A stretch of DNA of 64,000 nt, from assembly GCF_964355755.1 (NCBI RefSeq), contig NC_092673.1, forward strand, positions 24,177,648 through 24,241,647, in the 5' to 3' direction. The notes beneath the pieces are model-generated. The model was not told the DNA's origin. It did not search any database and saw only the letters and a list, made by a program, of their open reading frames with translations. This stretch comes from Antedon mediterranea (lineage: Eukaryota; Animalia; Echinodermata). This document shows positions 21,838-64,000 of this stretch, one piece after another (position 1 is the first letter of the stretch; every line of letters starts with the position of its first letter). The position numbers and the translations under genes are program-made.

Positions 21838-23999
21838 CGCCGCCCTTGTTTACTAATTTTTAAATGCCCTTTGACCTTACACGTTTAAAATATAAATATT
21901 CATGAAACTTTTTCTTTGAGGACGCCGTACTTAGATTTTAAGAAATAAACAAGAATATTGCAATTGTTATTCTATATGGGTTTTAGAAATTAAATGTATA
22001 TGTTATTATTAATGATGATTGAAGTAGGTCTGCTGGGATCAGGTGCCGTTTTCGGCCACCTCGACTTATATGGACTATACCATTATTATGATAGGGGTGT
22101 GGTGTATTATGTTTTATGTAGAGAAGGGTGTCTATTGAATGGGAAGACAATACAATTGTTCTGTTATGTAACCTACAGTACAAACTACTGTACAAGGAAC
22201 AATACAGAACATCAAAAACTAGCATGTTAAAAAGGCATGTTATTATTAGGTAGGCCTACTGTGTTAGGGAATGCCAAGATTTTGTAACAATATTACTATA
22301 TTAACTAAATATATTTTATATAAAACAAATTGTATAGACAAATTTAATGAAGAACCATCTACTATAACTGGATAAAGCCATTTAGGAAAAATAATAAACA
22401 AGTTGATCATAACGAGTGGTTTTCAAAGGCCCAAAGCAAAACAAAATTCCATGCAAAACAACGTTAACGGAATATACTATGTATAAAGGAACCAAACCTT
22501 GAACAATATTTGTTAGATAAAACTAATTTTAAGAGTATCAATTTAAAATTTAAAGCAAGATCAAACTCTCTAGATCTTGAGGGTCGTAGAAAATCATGGT
22601 CAAATCATAACACAGGATTATGTAAGATGTGTACAGTACAAACGAAAAAGAAACAGTAAACCATTTTTTATTTAAATGTCCTTCATTAAACTCTGTTAGA
22701 CAATAATTAAGTATGTACCGGGATAATTTTAATCAGTGGACCTCAGTTAAAACACCACTTTATGCTAGACAATTTATTCACTGAAAATGAAACATTAGGA
22801 AAAATCTTTGATTTTTATTGTAAAACATATTTAATGAAAGCATGGGTTACTAGATCTACAATTTTATCAACATTACCTCTCTCAACTAATTGATTAATAT
22901 AGTAAACAAGCTACAGACATCTCTATGAGGATGTATCTGTAAGTTTTATTTATTTCTTAGGCCTATCCTGTATTTTTGTTGTTCTGTTTTTATTTTTGTA
23001 GTTATATATATTGTACAATAATTATACGTATTATGTATTTTCATACAGATCTAATTAATTAGTTTACATTTTGTTTTGATGTTATAGTATTTAGAACTTT
23101 GTGGCTTATGTTATTTGTAATTTTGTCTGTAAATTGGATGCACCATTAACAAAAACAAACAATAAATAAATACTTTAAACAGGGAGATGTATATAGACTC
23201 AGATAATAAAGATATATACAAATATAAATTTATATCAATATCTCAATAGCTCAAATTTATAAAACAGCGCCATCAGAATTCAATATCAATGATAGTGTAT
23301 TAAAGTAGATATATAACTGTGTCTAACTATTTAATTATTACAGTTAAATGCGTGTACTATATTTTTTGTTGAACAGTAACATGTCCAGATGGAAATAAAT
23401 CGAAAGCGGCGGTTACCAGGAAGTTTCACCCAGTCAAGGAGACGAGTATAGATAACAATGAGTATTACGTAATAACTTGAAGTGAGTCAATTAAAATGTT
23501 TAGCCAGGGAAGTGACATTACTTTTATGGATATTGGCTATGGGATGGTTGTGGAAAAGTATGGTAATTACAATGATAGATAAAAATAAATGGGGTGATTA
23601 GAAAAATATGGGAACATGAGAAGGTAGTAATAAGCATGTTTAAAGATGAATAGAGGGATAAAGAATAATGATAGGATGCTAAGAGTGATAAAGAGAATGA
23701 GAAGGAATATGCTGAGAAGAATATATGAACGAATGAGGATGAGAAAAGAATGGGAGTCATAGGGATAGGGTAAACGACAAGTGTTTGTTATTGAGATGAT
23801 GTAGAGGAGGATAGAAGGACGACCCAAAAGATGCGAATAATGAGAAGGTGATGACGGTTGTGAAAAGTGATGGGAGGATCAAATCAGTAGGATAATACGA
23901 ACGATGATGATGAGGAAGAGGAGGGTAATATGAATCATTAGAGGAGATGAGCTTTATTGATAAGGAGGGTGATAAGAATGATAAATCATCAGAGGATGA

Positions 24000-24362
24000 T
24001 GAAAAGGTGATGGGTTATGGTGATACGAATGATGAGGTGATGGGTTATGGTGATGTGGAGGGTGATACGAATGATGAGGTGATGAGGAAGGTGATACAAA
24101 TAATGAGGTGATGGGTTATGGTGATGAGGAGGGTGATGCGAATGATGAGGTGATGGGTTATTTTGATGAGGGAGGGTGATACGAATGATGAGGTGATGGG
24201 TTATGGTGATGAGGAGGGTGATACGAATGTTGAGGTGATGGGTTATGGTGATGAGGAGGGTGATACGAATGATGAGGTGATGGGTTATGGTGATGACGAG
24301 GGTGATACGAATGATGAGGTGATGGGTTATGGTGATGATGATGATGGTAATACGAATGATGA
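24000..24362. repeat. 42-bp minisatellite, left arm
   Basis: Unit gatgaggtgatgggttatggtgatgaggagggtgatacgaat, about 8 copies. Decayed GA-rich flank from about 23530. Confidence 0.92.
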
Positions 24363-26565
24363 TGGAGTGTCTTAATTGATTTTGAAGGTGATTTAAATGA
24401 AGCTTTGGATATGTTTTATAATTTGTTAAATGCTGCCGTCAATGACACAGTGCCTAAAATTAGAAAGCGCAGAAAGCTTCCTCCGTGGTTTGACAATGAG
24501 TTGAGAAGTGTGCTTCAACTCAAAGAAAAGTATTATAGATATCTGAAAAAAAATAATAATCGGTTAGCCCAAAGTAATTTCAAATTTGCTCGCGCGTCTT
24601 TTAAAAAAATGTGCAATAAAAAGTACAAAGATTACTTGGACTCTTTGGCTAAGCAAATTGTCACTAACAGTAAAAGATTCTGGAGCTGGATGAAAACTAA
24701 ATACAAGTCAAATAATCTTCCTTCTGTCATGAGTCACGATAACATTTCATTCCAGTCTAATTATGATAAAGCTACCACATTTAATTCTTATTTTCATTCT
24801 TTTTTCAGTGAGCCTTCTCCGGACGTTCCCCGGGACTATCCAGGTCTTCCTGACTATGCGGTGGATAACTTAAGTTCTCTGTCTGTGAATCAGCATTCTG
24901 TGGAAAAGGCACTTAGTAACATTGATATCAATAAAGCTACTGGCATTGATCAGATTAGTAACGTTGTCTTAAAGGGTGCCTCCTCCTCACTCTCTTATCC
25001 GCTTTGCAAATTGTTTCAGCTATCTTTTAATTCTGGGGTTTTTCCTTCATCTTGGAAACACGCTAATATTGTCCCAATTCACAAGAGTGGTCCCAAAAAA
25101 CTAATCTGTAACTATCGTCCTATTTCGTTATTGCCTACTATGTCTAAGATTTTTGAGCGCATTGTGCATGATGGTTTGTCATCACATGTTGCTAATGCTT
25201 TAAGTCCTAGGCAGCATGGTTTTGTCTCTGGGAGATCATGTCAAACCAACCTCGCACTGCTTCTTGCTACATCATACGATGCAATTAACAGCAAGAAGCA
25301 GTGCGATGTGATTTACACTGATTTCTCTAAGGCTTTTGATTCCGTTTCCCATGATTTGCTTATTTTTAAACTTTCAAAATTTGGTTTATCCGGTTCACTG
25401 TTAAGTTGGTTTAAAAGCTATTTAACTAATAGACAACAGCGTGTTGTCATTGGGGGAGAGACATCTGATTGGCTCCCTGTGTTATCGGGCGTTCCGCAGG
25501 GCTCGATCCTGGGCCCGCTTTTGTTTAATTTATTTATCAACGATCTTCCTTTAAAATTTAATCATTCCGAGTCTCTTTTATTTGCTGACGATCTGAAATT
25601 GTTTAAAGTGATTACCACTCCACAGGATGCTTTTTCACTTCAGGAGGATCTGGATGGTCTCGTGGAATGGACGGAGAAGTGGGGGATAAAACTTAATGCT
25701 AATAAATGCAAATATTTATCTATAACACTTAAAAAAAGGCCTGTGCTCTTCAATTATAATCTGAGTGGACATGATCTTGAGATGGTTTATGTATGGAAAG
25801 ATTTAGGTATTTTTATTGATAGTAAATTAAATTTTTGTTCACATATTAATCATGTGTTGTCAAAAGCTAATAGAATGATGGGCTTAATATGGAGAAATTG
25901 TAGGTTTATGAACGACGGCAGGGCACTTTTATCTTTATACAAATCTATTATACGTCCTCACCTTAAATATTGTTCTGCAATTTTCAATTCAATTTCTCCA
26001 TGTCAGGCCCGTCGAATCGACACTGTTCAACGGAAGTTTGTTCGATTCCTGTCTTATAACTGTGTTAATTTTGCCTTTTCCATTGATTCTGTCAGCAATC
26101 GTCGAACTATATCTGATATGGTTTTTTTATATAATATTTTAAATTCTAAATATGACTGTTCATTAATTTCACTATTTAGTTTAAATGTTCCTGGTCGTAC
26201 ACGAAATAGACATTTATTGCATATTCCTTTTAGCCGTGTCGACTGTACTAAGAGGGGACTTTTTCATTGACTACCTTATACATTTAATAATCTAAATAGC
26301 AATCATATCGATATTTTTAATGATAGACTTGGTTATTTTAAGAGGACGATGATGTGTTCACTTCTTGAACAGTCTGCATAACCTGTTTTAATTGAAATTT
26401 TTTATGGCATGCCAATCTATGTTTTATATATATATTTATATATTTTATCTGTATTTTATTGTTAACCGTTTTTGATGTTGTATTGTTTTATGTTTCAAAC
26501 CTGTTAGTGGCGGTATTTATCGCTGTTGGTTTTAATTGAATAAAATAAAATAAAAATAAAATAAA
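24363..26565 (+). mobile_element. 5'-truncated CR1/L2-group non-LTR retrotransposon (ORF2 reverse transcriptase, 24405-26270)
   Basis: RT motifs NYRPISLL, QHGF, DFSKAFDSV, GVPQGSILGPLLF, FADD and KDLG. No endonuclease domain or ORF1. 3' UTR ends in a (TAAAA)n tail at about 26540-26565. Minisatellite on both sides. Confidence 0.95.
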
Positions 26566-27720
26566 ATGAGGTGATGGGTTATGGTGATGAGGAGGGTTGA
26601 AACGAATGATGAGGTGATGGGTTATGGTGATGAGGAGGGTGATACAAATGATGAGGTGATGGGTTATGGTGGTGAGGAGGGTTGATACGAATGATGAGGT
26701 GATGGGTTATGGTGATGAGGAGGGTGATACGAATGATGAGGTGATGGGTTATGGTGGTGGTGATGATGATGGTAATACGAATGATGAAGTGATGGGTTAT
26801 GGTGATGAGAAGGGTGATACGAATGTTGAGGTGATGGGTTATGGTGATGAGGAGGGTGATACGAATGATGAGGTGATGGGTTATGGTGATGACGAGGGTG
26901 ATACGCACGATGAGGTGATGGAATGTGGTGATGAGGAGGGTGATACGAATGATGAGGTGATGAGTTATGGTGATGAGGAGGATGATACGAATGATGAGGT
27001 GATGTGTTATGGTGATGAGGAGGGTTGAAACGAATGATGAGGTGATGGGTTATGGTGATGAGGAGGGTGATACAAATGATGAGGTGATGGGTTATGGTGG
27101 TGAGGAGGGTTGATACGAATGATGAGGTGATGGGTTATGGTGATGAGGAGGGTGATACGAATGATGAGGTGATGGGTTATGGTGGTGGTGATGATGATGG
27201 TAATACGAATGATGAAGTGATGGGTTATGGTGATGAGAAGGGTGATACGAATGTTGAGGTGATGGGTTATGGTGATGAGGAGGGTGATACGAATGATGAG
27301 GTGATGGGTTATGGTGATGACGAGGGTGATACGCACGATGAGGTGATGGAATGTGGTGATGAGGAGGGTGATACGAATGATGAGGTGATGAGTTATGGTG
27401 ATGAGGAGGATGATACGAATGATGAGGTGATGGGTTATGGTGATGACGAGGGTGATACGCATGATGAGGTGATGGAATGTGGTGATGAGGAGGGTGATAC
27501 CAATGATGAGGTGATGAATTATGGTGATGAGGAGGATGATACGAATGATGAGGTGATGGGTTATGTTGATGAGGAGGATGATACGAATGATGAGGTGACG
27601 GGTTATGGTGATGTGGAGAGTGATACGAATTATGAGGTGATGGGTTTCTGTTATGGAGACGATGAGGGTGATACGCATGATGAGGTGATGGAATATGGTG
27701 ATGAGGAGGGTGATATGATG
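26566..27720. repeat. 42-bp minisatellite, right arm (about 27 copies) with a 428-bp higher-order duplication
   Basis: Same unit as the left arm. The blocks starting at 26579 and 27007 are near-identical, and the ORF track shows the same peptide at 26666 and 27094. Confidence 0.93.
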
Positions 27721-28401
27721 GATCATATTGATGAGAAAGTGACGATCGACAGTTATTGAGACGATGAAGGTGAAGGTGAATAATAAGCATGTGATGGGTT
27801 GATGGTGATGAACAGGGTTGTGCGAATGATAAGTTGATGGAGTATGGAGACGATTGAATTATTACTGTAGCGTGATACGAACTGCGAGAATTATAGGAAA
27901 AATTACTTACGATTTATTAAGATGATGTTCTTGGGATGAGGGCTACAATGATAGTGGTGAGGAGGATGATACCGTAAGTAAGACGAATTATCATACGGTG
28001 ATAAAAGATATAGAACTGACGGTCTTTAATTATATGTCATAAAAATATTAATTGCAGTTGTATATGTAAGTGAAAGTTCAAACGGATTTAGTGTCTGAAT
28101 GAATATTTTTTTTTTTTAAACCTGACGAATCAGAATAGATTATTAATAAAACGAGTAAAGGTGGACGTAGTAGACGTAGACGTAATAACAATCAGTTGCC
28201 ATAATGGTAAAAAAAAAGAAAGATAATACTGTAATTATTATTTCTCAAAATACAAATGGTTTTTTTGCGACGTCACACTACACATGTGTAGTAAAATCAT
28301 TCATTTTACAACACTACCCGCAAAACATAAAATGAACCTTACGTTTTCGGTAATTATCTTATATTACATTTTTATTCCTTTAGTGATATTTAGGTTTTGC
28401 A

Positions 28402-28459
28402 GAAAGTCTTTCCATAGATCACGACAGTAGGACGAGCAGTGGACAGTGACAAGAAGAAG
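28402..28459 (+). other. Candidate 5' UTR exon of the ABCC4-like gene
   Basis: ttttgcag| ... gaagaag|gtgatt with stops in all three frames. The next acceptor tcttag| at 28586 lies just before the ATG at 28595. Another candidate donor (aa|gtgagt) sits at about 23481. Confidence 0.35.
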
Positions 28460-28594
28460 GTGATTTTTTCTGTCTTTCTGATTTCTCTGGTATATAAACA
28501 TAGTCTGTTAATTTATAGTGAATATTATATATTTTATAACCGAACAGAAACCTTTTTAATTCACATTGATTTAAACATTTTCTTAGGTGGTAAG

Positions 28595-48215
<19,621 letters not shown>

Positions 48216-49973
48216 TGTTGCTAGTTTACTTGCCAATTTACTGGCATTAAATGGATGGTGTTTTCGGGGACCGTTGTATCCCCATTGATAAGTCGAGTGT
48301 AATTTGTTAATATGCCTACTAGAAGAGCGTTTGGAACCATTTAATTGGTTTAAAGAGTGATGATTAGGACTGACGTCTAACGAAACAGTTATCAAATTCA
48401 AATTTAAAAGACCATAACAATGAAGATAATTACTTGTATTTGATAAAAAAATGTATTTATTGTCATTTTTACAAATAGGTAAAAATTAAATTTGGTTTGT
48501 TAATTTACGTTTGATATACATACAATATACAAATATATAATGAAACAAAAAAAAACAATAAATTCAATAAATCTAACAAACTTGCTATTAAATACATGAA
48601 TAGAATTATGAACAAATGATTGAACACGTTAAGAGTCTTGATCAATCTACCAGTTTGACTAAGCTTAAAGAATGTCCTGTAATCTGAGTCATGGAATACG
48701 AGATAATACAATGACAATGCTCTTCAATATGTTTCTTCATTCTATGTTTTTTTAAAAAGTCTTATATTATAAGGAATCAATTCTTAAAGACTATAGACTT
48801 CTTTAAGCCTACATGATTCCTTTCTATCTAACTATTCAGATATGGTACGCGGTTATTGGCGGTTTAGATATTTGTTGCCCAATAATCAAAATTGATTGAC
48901 AATGAATGCAATTTATTTAAAAGATGCTGTGTTTTCTTTAAAAATAGATATTTTAAAAATAGGCCTATTTTACTAAAGATCATCATTATCATGATCTACG
49001 TCAGCTAAAATGTTTTGAAAATACAATTATGAGATTACAAACAAATTTCATTTTTGTTTATAACACATCTTTGTTATATCAGCTAGTTATTTTGCTGAGC
49101 GTTCCGGAGTTAAAATATGTATATAATTATATTGAAACTGCTTGTCAATAATTAAATTTATGAAATGTTTACTTTATAATTATATTTTATCTATATCTAC
49201 CCTATGCCGTGTATGTCTGCTTTTCTTGTGTTATTATTATATTTTCTTTTGCGTATTGTTTGTTTATTAAGAATATTATTATTAAGAAGTCCGCTGTACA
49301 GAGATACAGGCCCATGGTGTTTCCCAAACATAATAATAAGATAGACCGCTATCCTACCTTACCCTTTTCCTAGACAGTGTGATAAATTTATACTGTTTCG
49401 AATTTTATTTAATCGCAGATAATAACGATAAAAATGCCAACATAATAAATAAAACAATTTAATGTTTACTCAATAATTGGACATGATAAATATTATTTTG
49501 AGTATCTTATTTGAAATAACAAAGGTTGTATCATAAATCTCGCCCTCTAACAGAAAAAAATGCTATAAAAATGTCTACCATGCTATTAGTAGGAAGGAAT
49601 ATGTAACTTGCAGTTTTGTGCTTAATCTCCGAACGTTTTCAAGCTTTTAAATGGTTCTATTGACATGAATATGGTTTACAATAATTATGACTGAAAAGTA
49701 TTTTACTGTGCAGATTGTTTCTGTAAGCAGGCAATCGCGCCAGTTTTGAAAGAATGATTTTACGGCGTGGTTGCAAGATGGACGCAGTGACGACCATGTT
49801 AATATGGATGGTAGGCTTCGTTCATTAAAAAAGTTAGTTCAGTATTTTCAATGATTTTTCATGCTCTTATCTTCACCCAATAACATTAGTGGGAAGGTGG
49901 TATTGAAATAATTGTATCATTGTTGTGTAATGTACATACTGTAATGTAATGTATGAATGGTATAGGCCTACGA

Positions 49974-50286
49974 TAGACTTGTCCCAAGAACAGAATGTAG
50001 TTATTTCGAGGCTTTTCGATTTTGTATTTCTGGTTTCATTCGTTCTACTCATTGCAATATAAAACATTGAATTGAGAGTAAATTACATATATCATTTGTA
50101 CAATAATAAAAAACACAGTTAAAAACATTAAAATCTCATGCAGAAAAAGCTTATAAAAACAAAACAAAATAGCTGTTTGTTTTTTAGTTTACAAGCTCAA
50201 GTAGTATACGTATGAAACGTCATATGTGCCAAAATGTTTATCTTTTTACTAATATTAAGTCAAAACTCCGTTTGGAACCCAGAATA
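49974..50286. mobile_element. AcademH-like MITE, copy 3, interrupted by an insert of about 150 bp
   Basis: tagacttg...gtagttatttcgaggcttttcgat...[insert]...acaagctcaagtagtatacgtatgaaacg...ggaacccagaata. Degenerate 9-bp TSD ggcctacga/ggtgtacga. Confidence 0.65.
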
Positions 50287-51467
50287 GGTGTACGACAGCG
50301 CTGTCCTTTGTTATTCAGAAAACATGTCTACAGTTTCTTGTACAGTATTTTTTTTTTAAGTATTTTATAATTTGTACCTTAACTCATGAAACCCAATGTT
50401 TAGATTATAAATGACCTACAGCAGGAGAGAATGAAAGTTCACTTTTCCCTGCCTACAGTAAAGAATGTTATCGTATCAAGGTAGATAACAAAATGGAGAC
50501 CGATGTTGTAGAAAATAATTGTTTCATACTATTTTTTTTTTGGTCCTATTTTAAGTGACATGAAATGTTTGTTTACTCCGTATATACTTTAACGGTTACT
50601 AAAAAAAATGACGACATGTTTAGATATAAGAGGCCTTAGTTTAGTGTTTTATATGCCGTGTATATTTGGGAAAGTGGTAAAATTGATAGACATAATTATG
50701 CTGTGTGTGATATGTGTATTAAAGGCTGCGTCGTCAGAATCTGAAACTGGGTCAAAAACAAAGAACATAAAAATGGCGACCCACAAAAAGAAGGAATATT
50801 AACAAGATCAGATATTTTAGTTTAGTTTTGTCCGTTTTTTTAACTTACTTTGAAATATCGTGTTTTATATCATTTTATATATTTTAATCAACGCAAGTTG
50901 TTAGATTTCCTTGGGTGAATCAGAGAGGTATAAAAAAAGTTTATGAAATATTTCTTACAAAATCGTATACATGTTGACCTTGTTTTGTCAGTGGATTATT
51001 CCATTGTATATTGTTTCTTTCTGTCCAAACCCGCTATTGACACCAAATCACAGTTACCCCCCTGATATTAATACCGCCCATAACAATTGTAAGCGAAACA
51101 ATTAGGTGAGATCTGATTTTTAATAATAACAATGATTGATTACGTCATCGCGCGCGTAGTGAGATCACCTCCTGTCGTTTTCCTTTTCACTAATACCCTT
51201 ACCCAACACAGGATATTGTACAACATTGTCGTGAGGTCTTACAATACCGGCCACAACGGGAAGTTAGTAGTTGGTTTTTTTGGCATCAGAATACAAGTTG
51301 TTCCCAGGATTATTCTTGGAAGGAATAGAAATTGACGATTAGAGGAGTGTTCAATCGGAATTCACACGTGTTATCTATTCTGTGGTGTGGACGGCGTTAT
51401 AACTTGGTCATAAACTTGTGATTTCCTCAAAATACACTTGAGGTAAAAGAGCTCACACGTCAAGAAT

Positions 51468-62200
<10,733 letters not shown>

Positions 62201-64000
62201 GATTGATGTGGACAAAGTGTACCTTAATTAGATCTATTTTAATACCTATAAAACTATTTTAAAAACTGCCCAAATCTACCTCTATCATAGTTTCTAACTA
62301 ATTAGTATTTAGAGTTTGTAGAAGTAAGTACAAACAGACTAGGGCAAGTTGTATTGCTGTAATTTCATCCGATGCAACAATTCAAAACAGACTTCAAACA
62401 ATGAGAAAACTTATTACCAATTTTAATAATTGGTATATTATTATATTGTGGGTTATTAACATTTGATACAAATGAAAAATAACCCAAAATATAATTAAAT
62501 AGGCCTATAGAAATTATAATAAGTAAATGAAAGCTAAGGTTTCTGTTTTCTTGTTAATGTCGTCGTGAGGTGGTTTCCCGAATGATCGTAAAATCAAAAC
62601 GGTACTGGGTATGACCAACTAGCGTTATTGTCACCGGCTAGTCATCCATTCATAGAAGTACTAATGTAGTAGCCTACCTGTACGGTGACCATAGAATGTG
62701 ACCCGAGGCATGACTTTCTTTTCCTCCCCTTAGAAATATCGTATACTTTATTCTTCTTTCTTGATTATCTCCAAATTGCTTTTACAACTGAAATAGGCTA
62801 GCTTATATTTATTATTGTTATTATATTTCTTACCAACATTGAATATGTATAATAGTGTTTTAAGAGGAGTTTGTTCAATATTTAGAAGAGCCTTATAAGA
62901 AGTATTCCTGAAAAAATGTCTTTCTGTAAAAATTTAAAATGTACTGAAATGTATTTATAATACTCATAGTGTACAATTTAAAACGAAATATATTTATTTA
63001 TAGTCTTGCATACAAAATAATTTTGATAATAGCACAATAAATAAATATATATTGACTGTATTCATGCTGTTCAGTTGTGTGTTTTCGTCAATCTCCTTTT
63101 TTTAACCGCATTATTATAGTAATATTATAAAAAGGACACATTTAATAAATTCATCAAAAATATAAACAATTTTATTCATAATCATAGACAATTCTTTAAA
63201 AGAGACATTGGCTTTCATGATGATGGTGCAGATTTATCGGATTTATAGTGAAACCTAGTACTGGTGCAAAATTTGCATACATTTAAATATCTGCCATTTG
63301 TACAAGTTCCATTTCCATTGGCATTCTTATTCAATTTGTTGAATGTTCCACCAATAGAAAGAATCGGGAATTATAATAATAATAGATTAGCTGAATTTGT
63401 GTCGATTTTGAAAAACTGGTCTCTTAAAACAAGGTACCGTTTCTTTCAGATTTTTTTTTACAGATAATTGTACAGTTTTGAATACGAACGTACATAACTA
63501 GGCCTTAGTTTCATGATAGTAGAAATTCGTCACTACTAAAATCTATCGTAATCATCTAAATTGAGTAACGTTAACTCCCATTTTTTATAATACAATTTAA
63601 TTTCATGCGAATGGGTAGTGAACTGTGTAATGGCTTACGTTACTGTGGATCACTTGGCAATTTTAGAACACTTTTACAAAGTATTCAATACTCTGAATGT
63701 TATCAATACAAATAGGCCTACCGTAATATTTATTGGTACTATTACTGTTTTCTGAATGTAGACCTGTTCTTGAAGAAATGTATACTTTAGACTAACCAGT
63801 TAACCGATAGCTCGCATGTATAATAGGCCTTTATAGTAACTGCAAATAGCTATATTTATGATTATTTGTTAGACTGTTATCTGCCTATTTAGGGGCATTA
63901 TTGACGAAATGAACAGTTGCGGTGTACAATAATTAATCCACTGAAGACCACTTACAACCAAGTCAATGTACAGTCAGAGATAGCCTATAGCCTAAGATAA

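Noticed and set aside
26579-27790. Acidic (DEVMGYGDEEGDTN)n, His/Pro-rich and Ile/Thr/His-rich ORFs, tempting as biomineralisation or metal-binding proteins
   Set aside because: A 42-bp unit that is stop-free in several frames gives ORFs on both strands automatically. The array has frameshifting variants (agggttgaaacg), is interrupted by a LINE, and lacks a signal peptide or convincing splice sites.

Overview
AT-rich eukaryotic (metazoan) genomic DNA with GT-AG introns. Deu/Nin-like SINEs, abundant TAGGCCTA and an SRCR-bearing gene suggest an invertebrate deuterostome, probably an echinoderm (inference). Four genes could be assembled by hand. (1) An intronless class A peptide-type GPCR (+, 3609-4772). 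(2) A 7-exon DOK-like PH + IRS-type PTB adaptor (-, 21837-10738) whose huge last exon carries a tandem array of eight 14-aa YTE[M/I/V]-type tyrosine motifs followed by an ITSM. (3) A 28-exon ABCC4/MRP4-like ABC transporter (+, 28595-48215). (4) A 13-exon M14B carboxypeptidase with the unusual layout signal peptide-SRCR-LDLa-catalytic domain-transthyretin-like domain-putative GPI signal (+, 51468-62200), with a possible secreted form ending at 58314. The non-coding DNA holds a young 5'-truncated CR1-type LINE inserted in a 42-bp minisatellite, a decayed L2-group LINE, and a 3.9-kb TTAA-flanked Kolobok-like foldback element with an internal satellite. It also holds hAT-, AcademH-, PIF/Harbinger-, MULE- and Tc1-like MITEs and tRNA-derived SINEs. 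No rRNA, true tRNA gene or CRISPR array was seen. All family assignments come from motif recognition, not database searches.
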